Shown here piece after piece: positions 1 to 8,827 of a DNA stretch of 32,000 bases. The translations under genes were made by a program, and so were the position numbers. Each line of letters opens with the position of its first letter. Position 1 is the stretch's first letter. This DNA comes from Candidatus Baldrarchaeota archaeon (GTDB taxonomy: Archaea; Asgardarchaeota; Baldrarchaeia; Baldrarchaeales; DXJG01). The notes beneath the pieces are model-generated. The model was not told where the DNA came from and made no database searches. It saw only the letters and a list, made by a program, of their open reading frames with translations. The DNA lies in assembly GCA_019056805.1 (NCBI GenBank), contig DXJG01000009.1, forward strand, positions 90,001 through 122,000, in the 5' to 3' direction.

Positions 1-369
1 TTTGCAAGAGCAAAAGGCTTAGATCCACAAGAAATTGTAAGAGCAGCGGCAGAGTTCAACATGAAGATTTTTGACATAATGCAGGAACGTAAAGTAGATA
101 AAAGCGACGTAGTTAGAATTAGATGCGACTTTAATATAAAAGATGGTAAAATTGAGTGGAACTGGGATTCTCTCGAACTTGAAGTGTATTCACGAGAAGA
201 AAAACCACTACTCAGCGAAGCGATGGGAGAAGTTGAAGAAAGCAGAGAGGCTCTAAAGGAAATAGTAACCGAACTTAGCGGGCTATCAACCGAATTAATG
301 AACATTGCGCAAAAAATTAACGAACTTATAAATAGAGTTAGAAGAGAACACATAGGAGAAGAAAGATAA
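1..369 (+). CDS. ThermoDBP-related (DUF2258-like) ssDNA-binding protein, 5'-truncated by the window
   Basis: Frame 1 is open from base 1 (FARAKGLDPQEIVRAAAEFNMKIF...). QEIVRAAAEFN..DKSDVVRIRCDFNIKDGKIEWNWDSLELEVY matches the DUF2258 pattern (EvarAaaElN..dKgDVVRIri.y...dG.i.W.wdtL.iEv). A coiled-coil-like tail follows. Confidence 0.7.
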   Translation, partial: FARAKGLDPQEIVRAAAEFNMKIFDIMQERKVDKSDVVRIRCDFNIKDGKIEWNWDSLELEVYSREEKPLLSEAMGEVEESREALKEIVTELSGLSTELMNIAQKINELINRVRREHIGEER

Positions 370-548
370 GGACACGAGTAACTGAAATATCTGGACAATA
401 TACTTGTTGAATTTCCCCAAATTTTTATAAATCGATTACTATAACAAAATCAATCTCACTGGTAGTTCTTAGGATTTTAAGGAAGACATTTCTAGATTTT
501 AAAATAATAAAAAGTTGTTGAAGTTTACACAGCACGAAGTAACACGCG

Positions 549-1127
549 TTAAAGTTCTAGTTCTAGAAAATAATTGACTAACACGTTTTTTATTCCAGTT
601 TTTAAAAGTTCTTCCCTTATTGCTTCTTTAGATTTTTTCTCGCTTTTTAGCTTGCTTACAAGTTTACTAATAGTTTCCCTTATTTCCCAGGGATAAATGA
701 TCCATGCATCGGTTTCAACAACGAAATAATCAGGCTTGTAAGCAGACCACGGCTTCAAGTGTAAAGTAGCTACTTTTACATCTTTTGCACCGTGTTCCTT
801 CACGTGTTCCACCGCGGCAATCAGACTGTGACCTGTATCCGCAACATCATCGCAAATTAAAACTCTCTTGTCTTTCACATCTACTATGAGAGGTTGAGTT
901 ATCTGAGGTTTCTCCCCTGTTTCCGCAATACCCTTGTAAAATTCTATTCTAATACTTGTGACATTGCTGTTATCCAGAAAATCTGAGAGTAATCTTGCAA
1001 CTATCCAGCCACCCCTAGCAATACCGACAAGAATATCAGGATTAAATCCTGATTTCCAAATTTTTTCTGCAACTTTAAGAGTTAAATCATAGACTTCATC
1101 CCACCACAGAGCTAAGAACTTAACCAA
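549..1127 (-). CDS. Type I phosphoribosyltransferase (purine PRTase-like)
   Basis: GIARGG loop, PRPP-binding motif VLICDDVADTGHSL, C-terminal WIIYPWE; RBS-like GGGGTG/GAGG upstream of a TTG start. Confidence 0.85.
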   Translation of the reverse strand: MVKFLALWWDEVYDLTLKVAEKIWKSGFNPDILVGIARGGWIVARLLSDFLDNSNVTSIRIEFYKGIAETGEKPQITQPLIVDVKDKRVLICDDVADTGHSLIAAVEHVKEHGAKDVKVATLHLKPWSAYKPDYFVVETDAWIIYPWEIRETISKLVSKLKSEKKSKEAIREELLKTGIKNVLVNYFLELEL

Positions 1128-1321
1128 CCTCTACACCCCTACAAGTGAGTGCCAAGACTACCATCACTGTCTGTGGAAGTAAAGTATTTGAAAGTTTATC
1201 AACTTTTTTAATCCAGCTTCGCTGTAAATATCACCCATTCGGTAATTCGTAACTAAACTAATTTAATTTAAAAATCATATTAACAGCAAATGTTAAAATT
1301 ATCGAGACATTTAAGTCTTAG

Positions 1322-1918
1322 GTGACATGCATGAGGCTAATTCAACTAAATAAAAACGATGTCTACAAAAATTATCGTTACATGAGTATTTCAGCTCTAA
1401 CACAGATAAAACCAATAACCAAGGATGTACTCGAAAAAATCATGCTAATATCAGAAAAAGAAAACGTCGTCATTCAACTTTTTGATGCAAGAAAAATTGC
1501 AACTTGGAAACACGTATTCATCGCAACATTAAATGCGATCGCAGCATTTAAACAAAAACGTAACATAGCGTCCAGATTATCTTTAGAAATTTTACTCTAT
1601 GCAACAGCACAGAGACAGATAAAAGATGCCATAAATATATTAGGAGTTTCTGAACAAACTAAAGAAGTAGCAATCTTAGTGTTAGGAGAAACCAAAGAAA
1701 AAGTAACCACCGTGTTTAAACAGGTAGTTAGTTTTCTTAATGGAAAAGAGGAAGAAAATTTACTCGAGATTTATAGTAAAGAAAAGTTTAACCAGCTATT
1801 AAATACTTTTAAAATAGACGAGGAAGAAATAAGCGCTGTTACAATGGAAGAAAATGAAGAGGAAGCGGTTGTTAAGTGTATCATAGATAGAATATCAATT
1901 TTCGCTGTAGAAAAGTAA
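1322..1918 (+). CDS. cgi121: KEOPS complex subunit Cgi121 (true start may be downstream, e.g. ATG near 1382)
   Basis: QLFDARKIATWKHVFIATLNA..AF...NIASRLSLEILLYATAQRQIKDAI..LGV is the Cgi121/TPRKB signature. Confidence 0.85.
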   Translation: MTCMRLIQLNKNDVYKNYRYMSISALTQIKPITKDVLEKIMLISEKENVVIQLFDARKIATWKHVFIATLNAIAAFKQKRNIASRLSLEILLYATAQRQIKDAINILGVSEQTKEVAILVLGETKEKVTTVFKQVVSFLNGKEEENLLEIYSKEKFNQLLNTFKIDEEEISAVTMEENEEEAVVKCIIDRISIFAVEK

Positions 1919-2446
1919 TCATCTTCCTCTAATTTTTGCTATAGATAATATATCATCAGGTTTTAAGACGGAAATACCTGTCCATTTCCCAACAATTTCA
2001 ATATTAACAATCCAATCCGGGTTGCTCAAATTTACTTTTCTATCTATTTCTTTAGCGGCAGCTTCAATAATGTCAGTTCTACTCAAGGTGGTATATCTTT
2101 TCCGAACCTCTATTTTAAATGTTTCATCTTCTTTAATTTTAGCAGCCAGCCTGGTGGCAACTTCAGCTATCTTGTCTAACTGCGAAGGAACAACTTCTTC
2201 CAAAGGAACGTACCTTAAAGTATAGCGAAACTGCCATGGATCGCTCATAGCCATTTCTCTAAGTTTTTTAACGACTTCAAAAGCATTTAAAGATGTTTTC
2301 ACAGCAATAAGCCCTGGAATACCAGTATTATCACATTCAACATTTTGATCTCCCAATTCACCCAGAAAATACCAAACTTCAGAGCATGCATCACTTTCTT
2401 GTCCCCTAGCACAAGAAACTAAAAGGTTATACTTTTTAACCACCAT
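1919..2446 (-). CDS. Stand-alone THUMP-domain protein (Tan1/THUMPD1-like)
   Basis: N-terminal ferredoxin-like part (LLVSCARGQE..A..E) followed by THUMP core ETFKIEVRKR...KVNLSNPDWIVNIEIVGKWTGISVL. Confidence 0.85.
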   Translation of the reverse strand: MVVKKYNLLVSCARGQESDACSEVWYFLGELGDQNVECDNTGIPGLIAVKTSLNAFEVVKKLREMAMSDPWQFRYTLRYVPLEEVVPSQLDKIAEVATRLAAKIKEDETFKIEVRKRYTTLSRTDIIEAAAKEIDRKVNLSNPDWIVNIEIVGKWTGISVLKPDDILSIAKIRGR

Positions 2447-2505
2447 TATCGCCTCACATATATTTAAATAAACTTATACAAACCTTGGTTTAATGAAATT
2501 ATCAC

Positions 2506-3663
2506 CTAACAATTTGACTTATAAACAATTTCTAAAAATGTTTCAGCAACTTTATCCCATCTAAATCTATTTGCTAGTTTTTTAGAGTTTAATCCCATTG
2601 TTTTACATAAATTCTTATCGTTAAGCAGCATAGTCATGTACTCCGTAAGTTCTCTCACACTATCATTACCAAAGCAAAATCCATTATATTTATGTTTTAC
2701 AAGTTCAATAACACCGCCATTATTTTGAGCAATAACGGGGACACCTGAGGCCATAGCTTCTAAAACAGCAATACCTAAATGTTCGTGGTTGGCAGGGTGA
2801 ACATAAAAACAACAATTCGAATATAAATTAAACAAATTGCGTTCATTAATTCTACTGTAAAATCGTACTTTTTCTTCTAACTTTAACTTCTTAGATAGTT
2901 GAACGTAAGGAGTAGGGTCCCCTCTACCTCCAATGATGAAACATCGATATTCTTCATTTTTTAATGAAGATAAGGCTTTTAATAAGATATCAAATCGTTT
3001 ACGCGGTTCAAAACTGCCAACAGAAAGAATTAAAGGCTCATCAAAAGAAAGATTGTTATTTCCGTTCTTAACATTATTTAGCAAAATTTTTTCAACATGA
3101 TCACTTCCAGCATAAAGAGGGGTTGCATGTATTCCTTCAAATTTCCTGTATAAACTTGAAATCCACTTAGAATTACTAAAAAAGTAATCAACATAACCAA
3201 TAAATCTCTTCCATAAATAGTATTCAGCTACATACCTAGAAAAGTCTCTTCTATAGCTTTTATAGCCCTCAGGAGATATTAACCACCCAAAAGGCGGGTT
3301 ATGCAAAACATAAGCAATTTTTACGCCAATCCGTTTCTTGACAAGACAAGCAGCAGGAAGATCTTTAAACTTATGAACAACTAATGTAACATCTTTTTCA
3401 TTGTTAATGAGCCTTAAACATTTTTTTGAAGCTTCAAGACTATAAGAAAAGATGTTTAAAAAAGGATCATCAGTCACGGGATAATCTAAAAACACAAAAT
3501 CTACACCCTTAACAGAAAATAAAAATTTATCAAACTTCTGAGGAGTAACAATATAACTATCTACTCTTCTCTTCTTCAATGCCTTTGAAAACTCAACAAT
3601 CCACCTTTCCATACCACCTGGAAAGAAATCAAATGAAAGATTAATTACCAACAATATAATCAT
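2506..3663 (-). CDS. GT4-family (GT-B) glycosyltransferase
   Basis: GGMERW N-terminal motif, VGSFEPRKRFD, EHLGIAVLEAMASGVPVI (EX7E motif). Start moved from 3777 to ATG at 3663 because the longer ORF overlaps the divergent gene. Confidence 0.9.
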   Translation of the reverse strand: MIILLVINLSFDFFPGGMERWIVEFSKALKKRRVDSYIVTPQKFDKFLFSVKGVDFVFLDYPVTDDPFLNIFSYSLEASKKCLRLINNEKDVTLVVHKFKDLPAACLVKKRIGVKIAYVLHNPPFGWLISPEGYKSYRRDFSRYVAEYYLWKRFIGYVDYFFSNSKWISSLYRKFEGIHATPLYAGSDHVEKILLNNVKNGNNNLSFDEPLILSVGSFEPRKRFDILLKALSSLKNEEYRCFIIGGRGDPTPYVQLSKKLKLEEKVRFYSRINERNLFNLYSNCCFYVHPANHEHLGIAVLEAMASGVPVIAQNNGGVIELVKHKYNGFCFGNDSVRELTEYMTMLLNDKNLCKTMGLNSKKLANRFRWDKVAETFLEIVYKSNC

Positions 3664-3726
3664 CCCATCGTCCAACTGTGTATGACAAATCCTAAAAAGA
3701 TTACGAATACTTAAAACACGTTCTTT

Positions 3727-4686
3727 ATGGTGGGTGCTTATTTGAAAACTGTGATACTTGCAGCTGGCCCCGGACAAAGATTAGGAAATCTTACCAAATA
3801 TATTCCCAAACCTCTCCTTCCTGTAGCCAATAGACCAATAATTGAAAGACTACTTAAAGCTTTAGAAAATACAGGAATTAAAGATATCATAATAGTGGTA
3901 GGTCATCTAGGTGACAAGATAATTAAGGAAATAGACGCTTTCGAAAATCTAAATTTACAAATTAAATACATAAAGGCCAAAGAATATATGAAAGGCCCAA
4001 TATTTTCTTTTCTATCAGCCATAAGCGAACTAATGGGAGAAGATTTCATTTTATGTCCAGCAGACTGTTTAGTAAGTCCACATACCATAAAAAAGCTTTT
4101 AGAAGATGCAAAAAACAAAACAACTCTTACCGTCTGTACACATGCAAAAGAAGGATCAACGGTATATATTGGAAACAATCTAGAAGTGAAAGGAGTTGTC
4201 GTTCCTGTTAAGAAATGGGCAAAAACTGCAAAATCCATAGGAATAATGTATGCAACCTCAGAATTTCTAAAATATGTGGAAAAAGCGGTGGAAAAAGGAA
4301 AAACAAAGATAATCGATGCAATAAACATAGCAATTAAAGAAGAAATGGAGATTAAGGCAACATATGTTAGAGATCAGAATTGGTTTGATGTAGATGATGT
4401 ATCAACACTATTGGAAGCAAACAAACATTATCTAGAGAACTTACTTCATACCGATAGTAAATGGAATATACCCAATGTAAAAATAATCCCTCCAGTTCTA
4501 TTGGGAGATGAAGTGAGCATAGAGGGGAATTGCGAAATAGGACCCTATGTATCCATTGATAAAAAAGTGCAAATTGGAGAAAAATGTAAACTAAAAAACA
4601 TAATAGTCCTAAAAGAATCAAAAATACCACCAAAAAAAGTACTTTTTGATGGTGTTTTTTATAAAAATGATTTTTACAGTAAGTAG
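3727..4686 (+). CDS. Sugar-1-phosphate nucleotidyltransferase with C-terminal left-handed beta-helix
   Basis: ILAAGPGQRLGNLTKYIPKPLLPV signature, WFDVDD, C-terminal hexapeptide repeats (PPVLLGDEVSIEGNCEIGPYVSI). Confidence 0.85.
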   Translation: MVGAYLKTVILAAGPGQRLGNLTKYIPKPLLPVANRPIIERLLKALENTGIKDIIIVVGHLGDKIIKEIDAFENLNLQIKYIKAKEYMKGPIFSFLSAISELMGEDFILCPADCLVSPHTIKKLLEDAKNKTTLTVCTHAKEGSTVYIGNNLEVKGVVVPVKKWAKTAKSIGIMYATSEFLKYVEKAVEKGKTKIIDAINIAIKEEMEIKATYVRDQNWFDVDDVSTLLEANKHYLENLLHTDSKWNIPNVKIIPPVLLGDEVSIEGNCEIGPYVSIDKKVQIGEKCKLKNIIVLKESKIPPKKVLFDGVFYKNDFYSK

Positions 4687-4696
4687 AGGGGTAGAT

Positions 4697-5308
4697 ATGT
4701 CTAAAATACGAGTAAAACGATTATTTTATCCGCTAATCAGAAAAATTGCACAAAAGCTTGTAACAACACCAATAACACCAAATTTTCTAACCATTATATC
4801 ATTTTTAACATTAATAGTAGCAACTCTTTCTATTGTTTATCAACAATTTGTAATTGGTGGACTTTTGATATTTCTAGGTGGATTTTTGGACGGATTAGAC
4901 GGAGAACTAGCTAGAATAACAAACAAAACGTCGAAGAAAGGAGCTTTTCTAGATTCGGTAACTGATAGGTACGGAGATTTAATATTATTATTAGGTTTTC
5001 TTTTCTACAACGAAATTAATATTTTAGTAGATTATAATTTTTGGATAATATTAACAATTATAGGAACCTTTATGACAAGTTATGCAAGAGCTAGAGGAGA
5101 AGCACTAGGAGTAGAAAAGACGAATGTTGGACTAATGGCTCGATCAGAACGGTTATTTACTCTGTTTATTGCATGTGAACTAAGCATTTTCAATTCAAAC
5201 ATAGTAGCATATACAATAGTAATTTTGGCATTTTTAACAAACCTAACAGCCCTATATAGAATTTATCTAATTATGAAACAATTAACTAGAACAGAAAACA
5301 GAGATTAG
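4697..5308 (+). CDS. CDP-alcohol phosphatidyltransferase (archaetidylinositol-phosphate synthase/PgsA-like)
   Basis: DGLDGELARITNKTSKKGAFLDSVTDRYGD is the CDP-alcohol phosphotransferase motif; ITPNFLT, SYARARGE and RSERL motifs; hydrophobic. Start placed at ATG 4697, after GAGGGG. Confidence 0.88.
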   Translation: MSKIRVKRLFYPLIRKIAQKLVTTPITPNFLTIISFLTLIVATLSIVYQQFVIGGLLIFLGGFLDGLDGELARITNKTSKKGAFLDSVTDRYGDLILLLGFLFYNEINILVDYNFWIILTIIGTFMTSYARARGEALGVEKTNVGLMARSERLFTLFIACELSIFNSNIVAYTIVILAFLTNLTALYRIYLIMKQLTRTENRD

Positions 5309-6012
5309 CTTTTTATCCATATAACCCTCTTTTCATTCTCCCCTAATCTCTGTACATAGAAACAACGAAGACCAAATTCCCAAGCAATTTTAAATAGAGA
5401 AAGTACACACACGCGAGAACCACAAGTTAAATCAAGAATAACCTCATGAGTAGCAACTTCCTTTTCAATAATAGCCCTAATTTTACGATAAACTTCCTCA
5501 AAATCTTCTTCTAAAACATGTTCCTCAAATTCCTCGAAAACGACATCCTCAGGGACACCAGCAATTTTCCTCTTAAAATTACTCGAAATAACAAAAATGT
5601 ATTTTGAAGGAACTAAGTTATTATCGTTCTTTAAAACTCTACGCATACCACGTACATGCTCTGGGTCATCAAGCCCTCCTACACAAACAATTGGAACACT
5701 AATACCAAAATATTTTCTAACAAGTTGAATTTTCTCAGGTACTATTTCAGCAAATTTAGCTTTCCAGTTATCCCTACCACGATTTCTCCTAATTAAACCA
5801 GCATTTTCCAAAGCCTGAAGATTGAAATATAACATGGCATCAGATATTTCGGTAATAGGACGATTAAAAGCAACAGCTAGAGCATGTCTTAATTCAACAC
5901 CACTCTTTGGCCCATCCAGTAATTTCTTTAAAATAATTCTTCGCGCCTCAACCCCTCCAATAACGTCTTCGACCTCAACAACCTCAGAGGTAACAACCAC
6001 AATAACCACCAC
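5305..6012 (-). CDS. Winged-helix transcription regulator with C-terminal CARF-like domain (wHTH-CARF)
   Basis: N-terminal ArsR/PadR-like wHTH (RRIILKKLLDGPKSGVEL...LYFNLQALENAGLI). C-terminal Rossmann pattern IVCVGG / PSKYIFVIS / EDFEEVYRKI / VILDLTCGSR / RCFYV matches CARF motifs I and II. Start may be GTG at 6003. Confidence 0.65.
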   Translation of the reverse strand: MVVIVVVTSEVVEVEDVIGGVEARRIILKKLLDGPKSGVELRHALAVAFNRPITEISDAMLYFNLQALENAGLIRRNRGRDNWKAKFAEIVPEKIQLVRKYFGISVPIVCVGGLDDPEHVRGMRRVLKNDNNLVPSKYIFVISSNFKRKIAGVPEDVVFEEFEEHVLEEDFEEVYRKIRAIIEKEVATHEVILDLTCGSRVCVLSLFKIAWEFGLRCFYVQRLGENEKRVIWIKS

Positions 6013-6068
6013 ATCTACTGCTCAAATCTTTAAATTCGTAAGGGTGTAGAACCGTATTCACAAAACAT

Positions 6069-6226
6069 TATAGTAACAAATATTACAACAAAATAATAAG
6101 CAAAACATAAATATATATTTTACGATTTGCGAGCAAAGGGAAATCACCCATATTTTGACTCTATGGAAAGTATAATCAACAGAGTAGTTATTGAATTAAA
6201 AACTATACGGTATAGTAACAAATATT
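6069..6226. repeat. Exact 16-bp direct repeat TATAGTAACAAATATT (6069-6084 and 6211-6226); the second copy overlaps palindrome ACTATAC-G-GTATAGT (6202-6216)
   Basis: Read directly from the sequence. Confidence 0.8.
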
Positions 6227-6308
6227 TTCTTCTACGACAAAATACTGACAAAGAATGCATATATCTAGTCAAAGACAAGTTTTCAACTTTTTCTTAAAGA
6301 TCTTTTTA

Positions 6309-6365
6309 ATCTATATAGATGATATCGTCTATATCGACGACTGCCGAAAAAACTTATTATATAAA
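6309..6365 (+). promoter_or_regulatory. Actin promoter (BRE-like CCGAAAAAA, TATA-like TTATATAA 6357-6364) with upstream palindromic operator-like elements
   Basis: ATCTATATAGAT (6309-6320) is a perfect palindrome. ATATAGATGATATCGTCTATAT (6313-6334) is a 22-bp palindrome with one mismatched pair. RBS GGAGG at 6403-6407. Confidence 0.55.
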
Positions 6366-6418
6366 GCTGGTAATAGAATTACAACACTAAAATAAAATTT
6401 GTGGAGGATTAAATAAAA

Positions 6419-7567
6419 ATGACGGAAGAATTATTTCCTGGAAAACCCATAGTTATCGATAATGGAAGTGGTTTTACCAAGAATGGATACGCAGGGGAAG
6501 ATCAGCCTAGAAGCGTTTTTCCAACAGTTATAGGCTATCCAAAATACACCAGTGTAATGACAGATGTCGAACACTACACACGTTCATATTACATCGGAGA
6601 AGAAGCTCTAAACCTAAGAGGAGTTTTAAGAATCGAATACCCAATAGAACACGGAATAATTAAAGATTGGGACGCTATGGAAAAAATCTGGCACTACACA
6701 TTCTTCAACGATCTACGAGTTGATCCCTCAGAACATCCAACACTACTTACAGAACCACCATTAAATCCAAGGAAAAACAGAGAAAAAATGGCTGAAATAA
6801 TGTTTGAAACATTCAACGTACCAGCCATGTACGTATCAATGCAAGCAGTATTAAGCTTATATGCATCAGGAAGAACAACAGGACTTGTAATCGACAGCGG
6901 AGACGGAGTTACCCACATTGTACCAATCTACGAAGGTTTCGCACTCACCCATGCAATCAACAGAATAGATCTAGGTGGAAGAGACGTCACTGAATACTTA
7001 AGAAGACTACTTAGAGAAAGAGGATACGCCCTAATAAGCAGTGCAGAAAGAGAAATCGTAAGAGACATAAAAGAGAAATTATGTTACGTAGCAGTAGACC
7101 CAGAAAAAGAACTAAAACTAGCTGAAAAAGTTTCACCAGAAAAGACGTACACATTACCAGATGGAAGTAGCCTAGTAATAGGAACAGAAAGATTCTTAGC
7201 ACCAGAAATAATGTTCGACCCCTCGCTAATAGGAAAAGAAGAAATGGCAATCCACGAAGCCATAATGGACAGCATAATGAAATGTGACGTAGACGTAAGA
7301 AGAGACATGCTAGCCAATATAGTTCTATCAGGCGGATCCACAATGTTCCCAGGTCTTAAAGAAAGACTACACAAAGAAATCACCGAGGCTCTAGCTGAAC
7401 GTGGTATAACAGGTGTAGAAGTAAAAATAGTTGCACCACCAGAACGACAATTCTCCGTATGGATCGGCGGTTCTATCTTGGCAAGTCTCAAAACATTCCA
7501 AAAACTATGGATAACAAAGAAAGAATACCAAGAAGTAGGACCACAAGTAATCCACAGAACAATATAA
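6419..7567 (+). CDS. Eukaryote-like actin (Asgard Lokiactin type)
   Basis: [110 protein letters not shown]. The TDVEHYTR insert in the D-loop region is typical of Lokiactins. Confidence 0.97.
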   Translation: MTEELFPGKPIVIDNGSGFTKNGYAGEDQPRSVFPTVIGYPKYTSVMTDVEHYTRSYYIGEEALNLRGVLRIEYPIEHGIIKDWDAMEKIWHYTFFNDLRVDPSEHPTLLTEPPLNPRKNREKMAEIMFETFNVPAMYVSMQAVLSLYASGRTTGLVIDSGDGVTHIVPIYEGFALTHAINRIDLGGRDVTEYLRRLLRERGYALISSAEREIVRDIKEKLCYVAVDPEKELKLAEKVSPEKTYTLPDGSSLVIGTERFLAPEIMFDPSLIGKEEMAIHEAIMDSIMKCDVDVRRDMLANIVLSGGSTMFPGLKERLHKEITEALAERGITGVEVKIVAPPERQFSVWIGGSILASLKTFQKLWITKKEYQEVGPQVIHRTI

Positions 7568-7577
7568 ACAAACATCA

Positions 7578-7601
7578 TTTTGTTTCTTTTTATTTTTATT
7601 T
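7578..7601 (+). terminator. Oligo-T tract, probable archaeal terminator of the actin transcript
   Basis: TTTTGTTTCTTTTTATTTTTATTT begins about 10 nt after the actin stop. Confidence 0.55.
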
Positions 7602-7906
7602 AACCGGGTTTTTGGTACTATTAACTCTTCAAAAATCAAGAGTTTTGAAGTAATCTTCATTTTCAGGCTTTGATTAAAATTGGCAAAGTTCATAACTTAA
7701 TAAAGATATGTTGACCTATATCAAAAACGTCTTTTTAATTTTTAAATTTAATACCATTCTCTCTTTTGCTTAGTAGTTCTTTCTCCTATTGTAATTTTAA
7801 CAATATTTTTATTTTGTAGATGTTTTTGCTTCTTGTCTTTTAGTTATATTTTGTACGCGGCATTGAACCTAAACTAAATTAAAAGGAAATAAAGAGGGAA
7901 ATCTGT

Positions 7907-8827
7907 ATGTCCTCTAGAAAGTATATTATAAGTAGATTATTTGACTCCATCTTAATTTACATTGTTGATTTCTTTCTATGCTTTCTCCTACTCTTCTATA
8001 TTCCTATTCGAAGCAGAGGTATATCAATCAACATTTGGTACCTTTTTATGCTTTATTTAAGGTTAATTTTCATCGAAAAATTTGGCAAATCTGTATGGGG
8101 ATACCCTGTTCTTGAAGTCGTAAAAATTGGACTTTTTCGAACTATTTTAATCCTTCTACCAGCAATATTATTTGCAACAGTTATAGGCTATTTTCTCGGA
8201 GTTAGAGCCGCTTGGAAAAGGAAAAGTATAGAAGAAACATTTTCATCCAGCTTCTGGCTTCTATGCTATGGTTTACCAGTTTTCTCAACCGGCTTACTAT
8301 TTGTAATAATCTTTTCAGTAGAGCTTGACTTACTCCCTATATACGGGCTACAAACACCAGCAGTAGCATATAAAAACTGGGTTGAATACGTCATTGACAC
8401 AGTAAGACATCTAGTACTCCCCATAGCTGCTCTTACATTAACCACAACAGGCATATTTTTCCTAATTATGAAAAGCTCTGTTCTAAGGACATTAAATGAA
8501 AATTTCATTCAAACAGCTAAAGCAAAGGGTCTAAGCGACAACCAAATTATGTACAAACACGCCGCAAGAGCATCCTTATCTTCCGCTATTGATATCTTTG
8601 GACTAAGCATAGTTTTACTCTCAACAAGCGAAATACTCGTTGAATATACATTTTCCATTTACGGACTAGGGCTCATACTTTACCGCGCCATCGCTGGTCT
8701 AGAATATCTAAACATCGGGGTAGCTAGTTTCCTACTATACTCTGCCATTATAATAGCTGTAAGCTTTCTACTAGATATCATCAGATCCTTCATAGATCCA
8801 AGAATTACAACGGAGGTTGAAAAATGA
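7907..8827 (+). CDS. dppB: Peptide/nickel ABC transporter permease (DppB/OppB family)
   Basis: HLVLPIAAL, EAA loop ENFIQTAKAKGLSDNQIMYKHA, EYTFSIYGLG, C-terminal IDPRI. Confidence 0.85.
   Translation: MSSRKYIISRLFDSILIYIVDFFLCFLLLFYIPIRSRGISINIWYLFMLYLRLIFIEKFGKSVWGYPVLEVVKIGLFRTILILLPAILFATVIGYFLGVRAAWKRKSIEETFSSSFWLLCYGLPVFSTGLLFVIIFSVELDLLPIYGLQTPAVAYKNWVEYVIDTVRHLVLPIAALTLTTTGIFFLIMKSSVLRTLNENFIQTAKAKGLSDNQIMYKHAARASLSSAIDIFGLSIVLLSTSEILVEYTFSIYGLGLILYRAIAGLEYLNIGVASFLLYSAIIIAVSFLLDIIRSFIDPRITTEVEK

Noticed and set aside
1916-1921. cgi121 and THUMP stop codons abut exactly; other convergent overlaps at 5305-5308 and 11669-11695
   Set aside because: Short convergent overlaps are common in compact archaeal genomes; only the symmetric TrmY overlap was kept as a finding.
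3664-3777. N-terminal extension of the GT4 ORF given in the ORF track
   Set aside because: It overlaps the divergent gene and is non-homologous; ATG 3663 gives a normal GT4 start.
3727-5308. IPCT/DIPPS di-myo-inositol-phosphate pathway
   Set aside because: The nucleotidyltransferase has a C-terminal beta-helix typical of sugar-1-phosphate enzymes, which IPCT lacks. Not excluded, but less likely.
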